Source: an uncultured Thermoleophilia bacterium (GTDB lineage: Bacteria; Actinomycetota; Thermoleophilia; UBA2241). Taken from it: a stretch of DNA of 64,000 nt. Positions 49,518 through 58,537 of this stretch are shown in pieces (the first letter of the stretch is position 1; every line of letters starts with the position of its first letter). The stretch is from positions 160,001-224,000 of the forward strand of contig CAVPCT010000001.1 of NCBI GenBank assembly GCA_963702475.1. Reading direction: 5' to 3'. Under the pieces are notes generated by a model, which worked only from the letters and a program-made list of their open reading frames with translations, was not told the origin of the DNA and made no database searches. The translations under genes were made by a program, and so were the position numbers.

Positions 49518-49542
49518 GTCTCGAAGCGACGGTGAGGTACGC

Positions 49543-49959
49543 ATGGGACTCCAGCTCACGCGCGGTGGCGAGTACGCCATCCGGGCCATGACGTATCTGG
49601 CACGTTTCCCCGACGGGCATGTGGCGTCCCTGCACGACATCGGGCAGGCGCAGGACATCCCGGAGAGCTTCCTCGCCAAGATCCTGCAGAGTCTCGTGCA
49701 CGGAGGGCTGGCCGTGTCGCAGCGCGGCGCGCACGGTGGCTTCGCCCTTGCGCGCCCGGCCTCCGATATCACCATGCGGGACGTCATCGAGGCTGTGGAC
49801 GGCCCGGTGGCCCTCAATCAGTGCGTGCTGTGGCCCGAGGACTGCCAGCGAAGCGGCGATTGCGAGACCCACAAGGCCTGGGCCAGGGCGCAGGCGCAGC
49901 TCATGGACGTGCTCGACACGGTCACGCTGCGAACCCTGGCCCCGACCCCAGTCGGCTGA
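49543..49959 (+). CDS. Rrf2 family regulator with three Cys (Fe-S type)
   Basis: EYAIRAM, FLAKILQSL, SQRGAHGGF and C-x5-C-x5-C. Confidence 0.92.
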   Translation: MGLQLTRGGEYAIRAMTYLARFPDGHVASLHDIGQAQDIPESFLAKILQSLVHGGLAVSQRGAHGGFALARPASDITMRDVIEAVDGPVALNQCVLWPEDCQRSGDCETHKAWARAQAQLMDVLDTVTLRTLAPTPVG

Positions 49960-49989
49960 GGCCCCGGGGGCGGGCTCCCGCCCGCCCCG

Positions 49990-50961
49990 TCAGGACCCGT
50001 ACCCCTCCGGGTGCGTCTGCATCCACGCCCAGGCGTCGCGCACGGCGTCCTCCAGCGAACGCGACGGACGCCAGCCCAGTAGCTCCCCGGCGCGTCGGTT
50101 GCCTGCCACCAGGGCGGGCGGGTCGCCCGGGCGGCGCGCGGCGACGCGGGCGCGCAACTCCCGGCCGGTGACGCGCCGCACGGCGTCGAGCACTGTGTGC
50201 ACCGAGTCGCCGGTCCCCGTCCCCAGGTTGAACGCGCCCTGGACGCCGGGCAGCGCCTCCAGGGCGGCGATGTGGGCGTCGGCGAGGTCGGCCACGTGGA
50301 CGTAGTCGCGCACACACGTGCCGTCCATCGTGGGGTAGTCGTCGCCGAACACGTCCAGGGTACCGCCGTCGCGGGCGGCGCGCAGCGCCAGAGGTACCAG
50401 GTGCGACTCGGGGTCGTGGTCCTCACCGCACGGGCCGTCGGCGCCGCAGGCGTTGAAGTAGCGGAGCGCCGTGAAGGCGAGGTCGCCGCGAGACCGCGCC
50501 TCGCCGAGGAGGCGTTCTCCTTCGAGCTTGCCGGCGCCGTAGGGATTGGAGGGCGTGAGGGGGTCCTCCTCGTCGATGGGGACCCCCTCGGGCTCGCCGT
50601 ACACGGCGGCGGTGGAAGAGAACACCAGGCGGCCGGCCCCGGCCGCGCACGCGGCCGCGCTCACGGCCGCCGTGCCGTTCACGTTGACGTCGTGGTACCA
50701 GGCGGGCTCGCGCACCGACTCGCCCACCTCGGCGAGCGCCGCCATGTGCACCACGGCTTCGCAGCGGTGCGCGCGCAGCGCCTCCGTGAGGCGCACGCGG
50801 TCGCGCACGTCGCCCCGCTCGAAGGCCGCGCCCGCGGCCACCGCGCCGCGGTGGCCGCGGAACAGGTCGTCGTACACGGTGACGTCGTGGCCGCGCTGCA
50901 GCAGCCTGCGCGTGATCACGCTGCCGATGTAGCCGGCCCCGCCGGTGACCATGACCCTCAT
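49990..50961 (-). CDS. galE: UDP-glucose 4-epimerase
   Basis: VTGGAGYIGS, FSSTAAVYG, YGAGK, LRYFN, GEDHDPESHL and CVRDYVHV. Confidence 0.92.
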   Translation of the reverse strand: MRVMVTGGAGYIGSVITRRLLQRGHDVTVYDDLFRGHRGAVAAGAAFERGDVRDRVRLTEALRAHRCEAVVHMAALAEVGESVREPAWYHDVNVNGTAAVSAAACAAGAGRLVFSSTAAVYGEPEGVPIDEEDPLTPSNPYGAGKLEGERLLGEARSRGDLAFTALRYFNACGADGPCGEDHDPESHLVPLALRAARDGGTLDVFGDDYPTMDGTCVRDYVHVADLADAHIAALEALPGVQGAFNLGTGTGDSVHTVLDAVRRVTGRELRARVAARRPGDPPALVAGNRRAGELLGWRPSRSLEDAVRDAWAWMQTHPEGYGS

Positions 50962-50988
50962 GTGGTGTCCCCGGTCCCGCCGGCCCAT

Positions 50989-53340
50989 CTACTTGACGTT
51001 GTCCACGAAGACCGTCATGCCCGCGGAGGTCACGCTCCTGACGCGGATGCGCACGCCGAGTCCGGCCGGCACGGCGACTCCCGCTCCGGGAGTCTCCGGG
51101 AACCAGTACTGCCAGTCGTCGTTGAAGGCCGGCGCCGGCAGCTTGCCGGGCGCCTCACGTGCGCCCACGTTCACCCCTTCGCTGTAGTCCCGGAAGTAGA
51201 TGGATTGGGCGGGTGTGTGCCCGAGACCGAAGGCCGCGTCCCGCAGCTGGATGCGCGGCCGCCAGTAGCCCGTCGTGTCATCGTAGGCGACCCCATCCGG
51301 GTTGGGCCGGGCGTCGACCACCAGCCACCCGCCCTCACCGGGGTGCGCGCTGACGTTGTTGTCCGTCCAGAACGTGTCGCGATAGATGAGGTGGAGGCCC
51401 TCGTTGTACGAGTACCAGTCGACCCAGGAGGTGAGGTCGCGGTCGAACTCGTAGCAGTTCTGCAGGCCGGCGTCGCTGCCCTCGTGGGTGCGGAACTCGG
51501 CGATGTAGTAGTTGTCGGTGTACAGGGTCTTCTGGCCGTCCACGCGCAGCCAGCCGTCGCTCGTGAACGCGGCCTCGGGCAGCGGTATGCCCCCGACGGC
51601 GATGGAGGTGACCTCCCAGCCGCGCTGGGTGACACCGACGTCGGTGACGTAGCGGAAACGCAGCAGGACCTTCTGTCCCGCCCAGGGGCTCAGGTCGTAG
51701 CGCACCGGGCGAGCCCACTGTCCGGTGTCGGAGCCGGTGAGCGCCCACACGCCGTCGGCGATCTCCTCGGTGAGGCGGTCGCTCCGGACCGTGGTCCAGC
51801 TTGCGCCGCCGTCGGTGGAGACGAGGACGAAGCCGAAGTCGTACCCGTCCTCGATGTCGTACCAGGTGCGGAACGTGAGCGCGGGATCGGCGGCGGGGAC
51901 CGTGACCGGGCTGACCGTGGTCAGCGTGGTGTCGATGCCGTCGCCCATGTCCGAGTACCACTCGTTGGCTCCGTCCTTGACGCTGAGCTCGACGACGTGT
52001 CTGCGTTTGGGCAGCTGGATGATGAAGCTCGTGGAGTCCTCGGCGCCCGTGGCGGCTGGCTCCAGCCTGATGGTGGCGGACGTACCGCGCTTGACCACCT
52101 TGGGCGTGGTGAACCCGAGCGCGGCCTTGTCCCACGCGTTCATGGGACCGGGCGCGCTGCCGAGGCCCCACTCACGGCCGAGCCACGACCCCTGCGCCAT
52201 GACCGTCCAGAAGCCGGCCGCGTCCTGGGGGCTGCCGGCCGTGTCGTATTCGTCGGGCAGCCCGAGGTCGTGGGAGAACTCGTGGCAGAACACGCCCGGA
52301 TCGCCGTCTTCGGGATCGAGGGTGTACGGGAAGACCCAGATGCCCTCGCCCTGCGGGCCCTGTCCGTCGGTGTCCGGCACCATCATGCCGGGCAGGTCGC
52401 CGGGGCCGCCGTTGACGCTGTGGTAGATGCCCGAGGAGTGGGGCCAGATGGCGTCGGAGCCCTGCGCTCCGCCGCCTGCGCTCTGCCCGCTTCCGGCGTG
52501 GATGATGATGAGGTGGTCCACGTACCCGTCGGGTTGGGCGAAGTCGTCGCCGGCGATGCCGAACTGGTTCTCACGGTCGTAGTCGGCCCAGGGGAAGTCG
52601 GGGTTCTCGGCGGCGAACTTGAGCACCGCGTCGCGGGCCACGCGCCACGCAGGGCCGGTGAGATCGTCGGTGACCTCCCACGGCGTGCTGTCGGCGCCGT
52701 ACCACGACTCCGGCATGTCGAGCTTGACCCAGTTGCGGATCTCGCCCGCGACGGTGAAGGCGCCCTTGGACTGCTCCAGGAACCAGGTGCGCATGGTGGT
52801 GTCGTTGTCACCACGGTAGGAACCGGTGGCGTCGTACATCGGGAAGGAGTCGCCGAACAGCTCGAGCTGGTAGTGCCGGGGGGAGAAGTCGCCCGGCCAG
52901 AACGTGTTGTTATCGTCGGCGGACGGGGCGGGGATCTGCCCGTGCAGCGGTCCCGGCGTCATGGGTCCGGTCGGCGCCGGGGAGCCGGACGGCCACGCCT
53001 GGTCGCCGAACTCCACGAGGAGGACCAGCGCCTTGGTGGTGTAGGGCTGTGCGGCACCCCGCTCGCCGGTGCTCTTCCGGAGAAAGCTCGTCAGGGCGGT
53101 CTCGCCCCCGCTCGAGGTGCGCTCTACGAGGGGCGACTTGAGCTCGTACCGGGGAGCGGTGGCGTCCAGCGCACGCACCGCCCTGGCGGCCATGCGGCCG
53201 GTGGCCCAGGGCGCGATGACGCCGATGCGCTGGAGGTTACGCGCGATGAGGACCTCGTTCGGCGGCACGGCCCCGGCCGGCGCCGCCACGGCGAGCACGA
53301 GTAGAGTCGCGAGCACTGCCGCGACGGTGAGTCTGCGCAC
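50989..53340 (-). CDS. Secreted immune inhibitor A (M6) metalloprotease
   Basis: Signal peptide; ALVLLVEF, IIHAGSG, HEFSHDLGLPDEYD, WTVMAQGSW and LRFRYVTD. Confidence 0.92.
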   Translation of the reverse strand: MRRLTVAAVLATLLVLAVAAPAGAVPPNEVLIARNLQRIGVIAPWATGRMAARAVRALDATAPRYELKSPLVERTSSGGETALTSFLRKSTGERGAAQPYTTKALVLLVEFGDQAWPSGSPAPTGPMTPGPLHGQIPAPSADDNNTFWPGDFSPRHYQLELFGDSFPMYDATGSYRGDNDTTMRTWFLEQSKGAFTVAGEIRNWVKLDMPESWYGADSTPWEVTDDLTGPAWRVARDAVLKFAAENPDFPWADYDRENQFGIAGDDFAQPDGYVDHLIIIHAGSGQSAGGGAQGSDAIWPHSSGIYHSVNGGPGDLPGMMVPDTDGQGPQGEGIWVFPYTLDPEDGDPGVFCHEFSHDLGLPDEYDTAGSPQDAAGFWTVMAQGSWLGREWGLGSAPGPMNAWDKAALGFTTPKVVKRGTSATIRLEPAATGAEDSTSFIIQLPKRRHVVELSVKDGANEWYSDMGDGIDTTLTTVSPVTVPAADPALTFRTWYDIEDGYDFGFVLVSTDGGASWTTVRSDRLTEEIADGVWALTGSDTGQWARPVRYDLSPWAGQKVLLRFRYVTDVGVTQRGWEVTSIAVGGIPLPEAAFTSDGWLRVDGQKTLYTDNYYIAEFRTHEGSDAGLQNCYEFDRDLTSWVDWYSYNEGLHLIYRDTFWTDNNVSAHPGEGGWLVVDARPNPDGVAYDDTTGYWRPRIQLRDAAFGLGHTPAQSIYFRDYSEGVNVGAREAPGKLPAPAFNDDWQYWFPETPGAGVAVPAGLGVRIRVRSVTSAGMTVFVDNVK

Positions 53341-53496
53341 AGGTCCCTCCCTTGGTCCGCCCAGGCACGGGTACCGGCCGGCGGCTGTGCCCGCCGCCGG
53401 CCGGTCCGAGTGTACTGTGCCGCTCCCACGCGCGCGAACGCGCCGCAGGCCTTCACCGTCAGTGGTCGGCATCCGCGCCTCTTCCCTCAAGAAACG

Positions 53497-53532
53497 CCGC
53501 GGGGCGGGGCGCCTTTGCGCCCCGCCCCGCGG
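53497..53532 (-). terminator. Intrinsic terminator downstream of the FmdB-family gene
   Basis: Perfect 16-bp GC stem (CCGCGGGGCGGGGCGC), 4-nt loop, followed by CGTTTCTT on the minus strand. Confidence 0.75.
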
Positions 53533-53542
53533 GACCTCACGA

Positions 53543-53560
53543 GCGGCGCGACCGCGCCGC
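53543..53560 (-). promoter_or_regulatory. Candidate bacterial SECIS hairpin GCGGCGC-GGTC-GCGCCGC
   Basis: Begins exactly 11 nt after the TGA at 53572-53574; apical GGUC. Confidence 0.65.
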
Positions 53561-53565
53561 GGCGA

Positions 53566-53775
53566 TCAGCCTCAGCCGAAGCGGCTGCCGGCCGGAGCCG
53601 AGCAGCCGCCGCCGGAGCTGGAACCGCCCAGGCTCTTGAGGAAGCTCGTGAACTTCTGGTGCACGTCCTCGGAGCCACACTCCGGGCAGACGCGGTCCTC
53701 GTCCTTGAGGAATCCCTGGCGGAACACTTCGAAACGGTTGCCGCAGGCGTCGCAGACCAGATCGTAGGAAGCCAT
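53566..53775 (-). CDS. FmdB-family zinc-ribbon protein, candidate selenoprotein (ends ...CSAPAGSRFG-U-G). If TGA is a stop, the CDS is 53572-53775.
   Basis: MASYDLVCDACG..CPECGS, low-complexity tail, TGA GGC TGA, then a SECIS-like hairpin. GGAGGG RBS. Confidence 0.85.
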
Positions 53776-53800
53776 GACCCTCCACGCGGTTGGTGTCCTG

Positions 53801-53820
53801 ATACCCTGGGGGGTATTATA
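53801..53820 (-). promoter_or_regulatory. TATAAT -10 overlapped by CsoR/RcnR-family-type operator ATACCC-TGGG-GGGTAT
   Basis: Inverted repeat with central G tract at 53801-53816; TATAAT (minus strand) at 53815-53820. Confidence 0.7.
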
Positions 53821-53911
53821 CCTTGCATCGCAGGGCGCGCAAACGTCCGCCGTGGATTGTACGCTGTCACGCGTGACCGGCGCTCGCGCCGGAGGAACGA
53901 GAGGGGAGACC

Positions 53912-54430
53912 ATGAGGCGCACCAGGACCGTCCACTTGTTCGCGGCACTCGCGCTGATCGTGTCCGCGGCGCTCGCAGGGGGGCTCGCCGGCGCCTGCGG
54001 GTCCTCGTCCTCCGACGCGGCCTCGTCCTCAGGCTCGCCCTCGGCCGAGGTGCCGTTCATCCCGGCGGACGACTTCGACATCGCGGCGTATGCAGGCAAG
54101 CCGCTGGTGGTCAACTACTTCGGCTCCTGGTGCCCTCCGTGCAACCTCGAGGCCCCGGCGCTCTCGTCCTGGCTTCAGTCCCACCCCGGCGCGCAGTTCG
54201 TCGGCATCGCCGTCGACGACACTGAGGACGGCGTGACCGGTTTCATGGACGAGCACGACCTCTCGTATCCTGTGGTCCTCGACCCGGGCTGGAACCTCGC
54301 CAACGAGAACGGGGTGAGCGGCGTGCCCACGACGATCTTCTACGACGCCGAGGGCAACGAGGTCGACCGCGTCGTCGGCGCCATCTCGGAGGCTCAGATC
54401 GACCTGAGCTACGCCAGGGCCTCCGAGTGA
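53912..54430 (+). CDS. TlpA/ResA-type thiol-disulfide oxidoreductase lipoprotein
   Basis: Lipobox LAGAC, VVNYFGSWCPPCNLEAP and GVPTTIF. Confidence 0.9.
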   Translation: MRRTRTVHLFAALALIVSAALAGGLAGACGSSSSDAASSSGSPSAEVPFIPADDFDIAAYAGKPLVVNYFGSWCPPCNLEAPALSSWLQSHPGAQFVGIAVDDTEDGVTGFMDEHDLSYPVVLDPGWNLANENGVSGVPTTIFYDAEGNEVDRVVGAISEAQIDLSYARASE

Positions 54431-54496
54431 AGCCGGCGCGGCCGAGCCTTCGCCTGAGCCGCGCCGGCGTGTCCCGTCGCAGCTGACCGCCGCGCC

Positions 54497-55219
54497 GTGA
54501 TCGCCGTCACCGTCACCAGCCTCAGCCTCTCGGCCGCCGCCCTGGCGTTCGTCGCCGGGCTGCTGTCGTTCATCTCGCCCTGCGTCCTGCCGCTGCTCCC
54601 CGTGTATCTTTCCTTCATCTCCGGCGTAGGGGTGGACCGGCTGGGCGGGGAGCGCCGCCGGCTGCTGTGGACGTCGCTGCTCTTCGTGGCCGGCTTCACC
54701 GTGGTGTTCATGGTCATGGGGGCGGGCGCCGGCGGCGTCGGCCGGCTCCTCGTGCGGTATCGCCAGGAGCTGACCATCGTGGCCGGCGCCTTCGTGGCCT
54801 TCAGCGGCCTGGTGGTGGCCGGCGTCATCCCTCTGCCCAAGCCGGTGATGCGGGTCTCGCCCAAGCATCGCGGCGCCGGCGGAGCGTTCGTCACCGGCGC
54901 CGCTCTCGCGGTGGGCTGGACGCCGTGTGTCGGCTACGTCCTCGGCGCCATCCTCAGCATGGCCGCCTCCAGCCAGAGCGCCGCGGCCGGGTCGCTGCTC
55001 CTGCTCATCTACTCGCTCGGCCTGGGCGTGCCGTTCGTCCTCGCGGCCCTGGCCTTCGACTGGGTGAGCGCCCGCCTCAAGGTCATCAAGCGCCACTACC
55101 GCGGCATCCAGATCGGTGCCGGCGTGCTGCTCGCCGTCTTCGGTGTGCTCATGATGCTCGGCGTGCTCGACCGGCTCACTCGCTGGCTGCCGTACGTCGC
55201 CCCGCCGGGCGGTCTCTGA
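54497..55219 (+). CDS. ccdA: Cytochrome c biogenesis/thiol-reduction protein CcdA
   Basis: SFISPCVLPLLPVYL, GWTPCVG and YSLGLGVPF. Confidence 0.92.
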   Translation: MIAVTVTSLSLSAAALAFVAGLLSFISPCVLPLLPVYLSFISGVGVDRLGGERRRLLWTSLLFVAGFTVVFMVMGAGAGGVGRLLVRYRQELTIVAGAFVAFSGLVVAGVIPLPKPVMRVSPKHRGAGGAFVTGAALAVGWTPCVGYVLGAILSMAASSQSAAAGSLLLLIYSLGLGVPFVLAALAFDWVSARLKVIKRHYRGIQIGAGVLLAVFGVLMMLGVLDRLTRWLPYVAPPGGL

Positions 55220-55236
55220 GCGGTATCCTTGGGGCG

Positions 55237-58131
55237 ATGAGCCCCCGCCACCGCATCGCCGAGCCCACGCCCGAGGCTCGAGCCGCCGCCGAAGCCTTGC
55301 GACCGCTGGTCGCCGGCCAGATCTCCCTGTCGCCGCTGCAGCGCTGGCTGTACTCCACCGACGCCTCCAGCTACCGCGTGGTGCCCGACGCCGTCCTCGT
55401 GGCCGGCTCGGTCGACGACCTCCACGCGGTGATGGACGTGGCGCGCCGCTACGGCGTGCCCGTGGTGGCCCGCGGAGCGGCCAGCAGCTGCGCGGGCCAG
55501 GCCGTCGGTCCGGGCATCGCCGTTGACTGCTTTGGACTTGACCGGGTGCTCGCCATCGACCCGCGGGAGCGGACGGCGCGGGTCGAACCGGGCGTCGTCC
55601 AGGCCGCCCTCAACCGCGCCGCAGCCGTCCACGGCCTGGAGTTCGGACCCGACACGTCCACCGTGGACCAGGCCACCATCGGCGGCATGGTGGGCAACAA
55701 CTCGTCCGGTTCGCGGTCGATCGTGTACGGGGAGACCCGGGACAAGGTCCTGGAGGTCCGTGCCGTCCTCGCGGATGGGTCGGAGCTGACCGTGGGCGCC
55801 TGCGACGGCGAGGATCTTCGCAGCGGGCTGCGTGGGGCGGCGGCGGACGCTGTGGCGGCGGGTCTCGTGGCCGTCCGCGAGGCGTTCCGCCGCCCGATCG
55901 CAGACGACTATCCGCGCACCCGCCGCTGCACGACGGGCTACGACCTGCGCGCGCTGCTGGAGCCGCGGCCGAGGCTGGCCCGGCTCCTGGCCGGGTCAGA
56001 GGGCACCTTGGGCCTCTTCACCGGGATCGAGGTACGGCTGGACCCGCGCCCGGAACTGCGCGTGGGTGCGGCCCTCACCTTTCCGGCGCTGCGGCCTGCC
56101 CTGGAGGCGAACCTGGTCATCCTCGAGACCGGCCCTTCCGCGGTGGAGATGGTCGACCTGGTGCCGCTGCGGGCGGCTCCCAACCTCGCCGCGTACCGGC
56201 GCGTGGCCTCGCTGCTCGACGGTGACGAGCGGGCCATGCTCACGGTGGAGTACCAGGGCACGGAAGAGGATGCCCGGGCTGGGCTGGCGCGGCTGCGGGC
56301 CGTCGCCGGTGAGCTCGGTGCGGTCCGCGCGGTGTGGCTCGAGGAGGCGGCGGCCATGGCCGAGGCCGCCGCGTTGCGCCGTGCCGTGACGCCGCTGCTC
56401 ATGGGGGCGCCCGGCGCCGCCCGGCCCACGGCCTTCGTGGAGGACACGGCGGTGGCCCCCGAACGCCTGCCAGACTACCTGGACGCCTTCGAGGCGCTCG
56501 TCGCCGCGGCCGGCGCACGCGGCTCGTTCACCGGTCACGCTTCCGCGGGGTGCACGCACGTGCGGCCGCTGCTCGACCTGAAGACGGCGGCGGGCGTGCG
56601 GCAGATGGAGGAGCTCGCCGCAGGTGTGGCGCGTCTCGTGGCGGAGTACCACGGCGCCATCTCCGGCGAGCACGGCGTGGGGCGGGCGCGCAGCTGGGCC
56701 CTGCCCGGCGTGCTGGGGCAGGGCCTCTACGACGCCATGGTGGCCGTGAAGGACGTCTTCGACCCCGCCCGGTTGCTCGCTCCGGGCATCGTGGTCGACG
56801 GGCAAGGGGTGACCGAGGCCCTGCGGTACGGCGGCGACTACCGCGGGGGCCGCGCCTGGGCGCCGCGCCTGTCGTACGCCGCCGAGGGGGGGTTCGACGC
56901 GGCCGTGGAGCGCTGCTTCGGCGCCGGCCAGTGCAAGAAGACCACCGGCACCATGTGTCCGCCGGCCGCGGCCACCGGCAGCGAGGCGCGGGCCACCAGG
57001 GCGCGGGCCAATGCACTGCAGGGCGTGGTGTGCGGCGCCGTTCCCCTGGCGGCCATCTCCACCGAGGAGTTCCGCGAGGTCCTGGGCACGTGCGTCGCCT
57101 GCAAGGCGTGCAAGACCGAGTGCCCGGCCGGCGTGGACGTCGCCGCCCTCAAGGCGGAGTGGTTGGCGGAAGTGCGCGCCCGTGAGGGCGTGCCGCCTCT
57201 GGCACGTGTGGCCGGCGGCTTCCGTCGCGCGGCGGCTCTGGCGGCACCGTTCGCTCCCCTCGTCAACGCCGCCGCCGGCACCCGCGCCGCACGCGCCGTC
57301 GCCGGCCGCTTGGGTGTCGCCGGTCGCCGGTCGCTCCCGCCGCTGGCGCGCCGGCCGCTCACGCGCCGCCTGCCGTCCTGCGGCGCCGAGGCCGGCAGGG
57401 CGCCCTCCGCCGGCCGGCCCTCCGCCGCCCTGTTCGTCGACTGCTTCGTGCAGTACCAGGAGCCTGAGGTGGGCGAGGCGCTCGCCGCGCTGCTGCGCGC
57501 CGCCGGCGTGCCGCTCGCCCTCGTCGATGCCGGCTGCTGCGGCCGTACGGCGCTGTCCACGGGGCAGATCGACAAGGCCCGCCGGGCTGCGGACCGTGCC
57601 TTGCGCGCGCTGGCGGAACATGCCGCCCGCGGCGAGCAGCTCCTCTTCGTCGAGCCGAGCTGCCTCTCCATGGTGCTCGACGACTGGCATCGGCTGCTGC
57701 CGGGCGACCCGCGCCTCGGCCCTGTCGCCGCGGCCGCGCGCCCCGCGCTCGGCCTGGTGGCCGATCTCGCGGAGAAGGGCCGCCTGCGCTTCCGCCCCGG
57801 CGGCCCAGCCCTCCTCCATGCGCACTGCCACGAGAAGGCCCTGGGCTTCCAGGCCGACACGGAGCGCGCCCTGCGCGCCGTCCCCGGCCTGGCCCTGCAG
57901 GCGCTGGACGCCGGCTGCTGTGGCATGTCCGGCGTCTTCGGCTACGAGGCCGAGCACTACGACCTCAGCGTCGCCATGGCGGAGCGCGTGCTCCTGCCGG
58001 CGGTGCGGGCCGCGCCGCCGGCCGCCGCCGTGCTCGCCACCGGCACATCGTGCCGCGCACAGCTCGCCGATCTGTCCGGCCGGCGGGCGGAGCACCCGTT
58101 GACCTTCCTGGCCGGGAGCCTCAGCCGCTGA
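55237..58131 (+). CDS. FAD-binding and Fe-S-binding oxidoreductase (GlcD/GlcF-like fusion, YdiJ/Dld-II type)
   Basis: ATIGGMVGNNSSG, GSEGTLG, SGEHGVG, CFGAGQC, CVACKACKTECP, CCGR and CCGMSG. Confidence 0.92.
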   Translation: MSPRHRIAEPTPEARAAAEALRPLVAGQISLSPLQRWLYSTDASSYRVVPDAVLVAGSVDDLHAVMDVARRYGVPVVARGAASSCAGQAVGPGIAVDCFGLDRVLAIDPRERTARVEPGVVQAALNRAAAVHGLEFGPDTSTVDQATIGGMVGNNSSGSRSIVYGETRDKVLEVRAVLADGSELTVGACDGEDLRSGLRGAAADAVAAGLVAVREAFRRPIADDYPRTRRCTTGYDLRALLEPRPRLARLLAGSEGTLGLFTGIEVRLDPRPELRVGAALTFPALRPALEANLVILETGPSAVEMVDLVPLRAAPNLAAYRRVASLLDGDERAMLTVEYQGTEEDARAGLARLRAVAGELGAVRAVWLEEAAAMAEAAALRRAVTPLLMGAPGAARPTAFVEDTAVAPERLPDYLDAFEALVAAAGARGSFTGHASAGCTHVRPLLDLKTAAGVRQMEELAAGVARLVAEYHGAISGEHGVGRARSWALPGVLGQGLYDAMVAVKDVFDPARLLAPGIVVDGQGVTEALRYGGDYRGGRAWAPRLSYAAEGGFDAAVERCFGAGQCKKTTGTMCPPAAATGSEARATRARANALQGVVCGAVPLAAISTEEFREVLGTCVACKACKTECPAGVDVAALKAEWLAEVRAREGVPPLARVAGGFRRAAALAAPFAPLVNAAAGTRAARAVAGRLGVAGRRSLPPLARRPLTRRLPSCGAEAGRAPSAGRPSAALFVDCFVQYQEPEVGEALAALLRAAGVPLALVDAGCCGRTALSTGQIDKARRAADRALRALAEHAARGEQLLFVEPSCLSMVLDDWHRLLPGDPRLGPVAAAARPALGLVADLAEKGRLRFRPGGPALLHAHCHEKALGFQADTERALRAVPGLALQALDAGCCGMSGVFGYEAEHYDLSVAMAERVLLPAVRAAPPAAAVLATGTSCRAQLADLSGRRAEHPLTFLAGSLSR

Positions 58132-58176
58132 GCGCGGGCGCGCACCCCTCGCGAGGGGTGCGTGTACCATGACGCC

Positions 58177-58356
58177 GTGAGCGTCGTCATCCTCATCGCC
58201 GGCATCGCCGGCCTCGCCGTAGCGGGCTACGGTCTCGTCACGCTGTCACTGGACGCGGTCCGCCGCCGTCAGTACGTGGATGTCGCCGTGGCCGTGGCCG
58301 TGGCCGCCGGCGTCGTCGTCGCCCTCGTGCTGTGGGGCGACCGTCTGTTGCGCTGA
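58177..58356 (+). CDS. Small two-TM membrane protein
   Basis: Two hydrophobic segments; TACCAT -10 lies 6 nt before the GTG. Confidence 0.6.
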   Translation: MSVVILIAGIAGLAVAGYGLVTLSLDAVRRRQYVDVAVAVAVAAGVVVALVLWGDRLLR

Positions 58357-58537
58357 GGCCGACGGCTCATGCACAGGCCGGAGCGTGCCGATACGGTGAG
58401 CGGCGGTCAGGAAAGCGGCATTGCGGCGCGCATGTCAGAATGGCGGCCGGCGAGAGCGCGCCCTCGCCGAAGCGGTCGCTTGCCGCCCTGAGGGACGTCG
58501 ACGCCGGGCCTCAGGGCCCCGGTGAAAGAGTGAGGAC

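Noticed and set aside
50989-53775. The FmdB ORF is in frame with the M6 protease ORF, so reading through both TGAs would fuse them
   Set aside because: A strong terminator lies between them, the linker translation is junk-like, and the protease has its own RBS and signal peptide at 53340. The frame match has a 1-in-3 chance.
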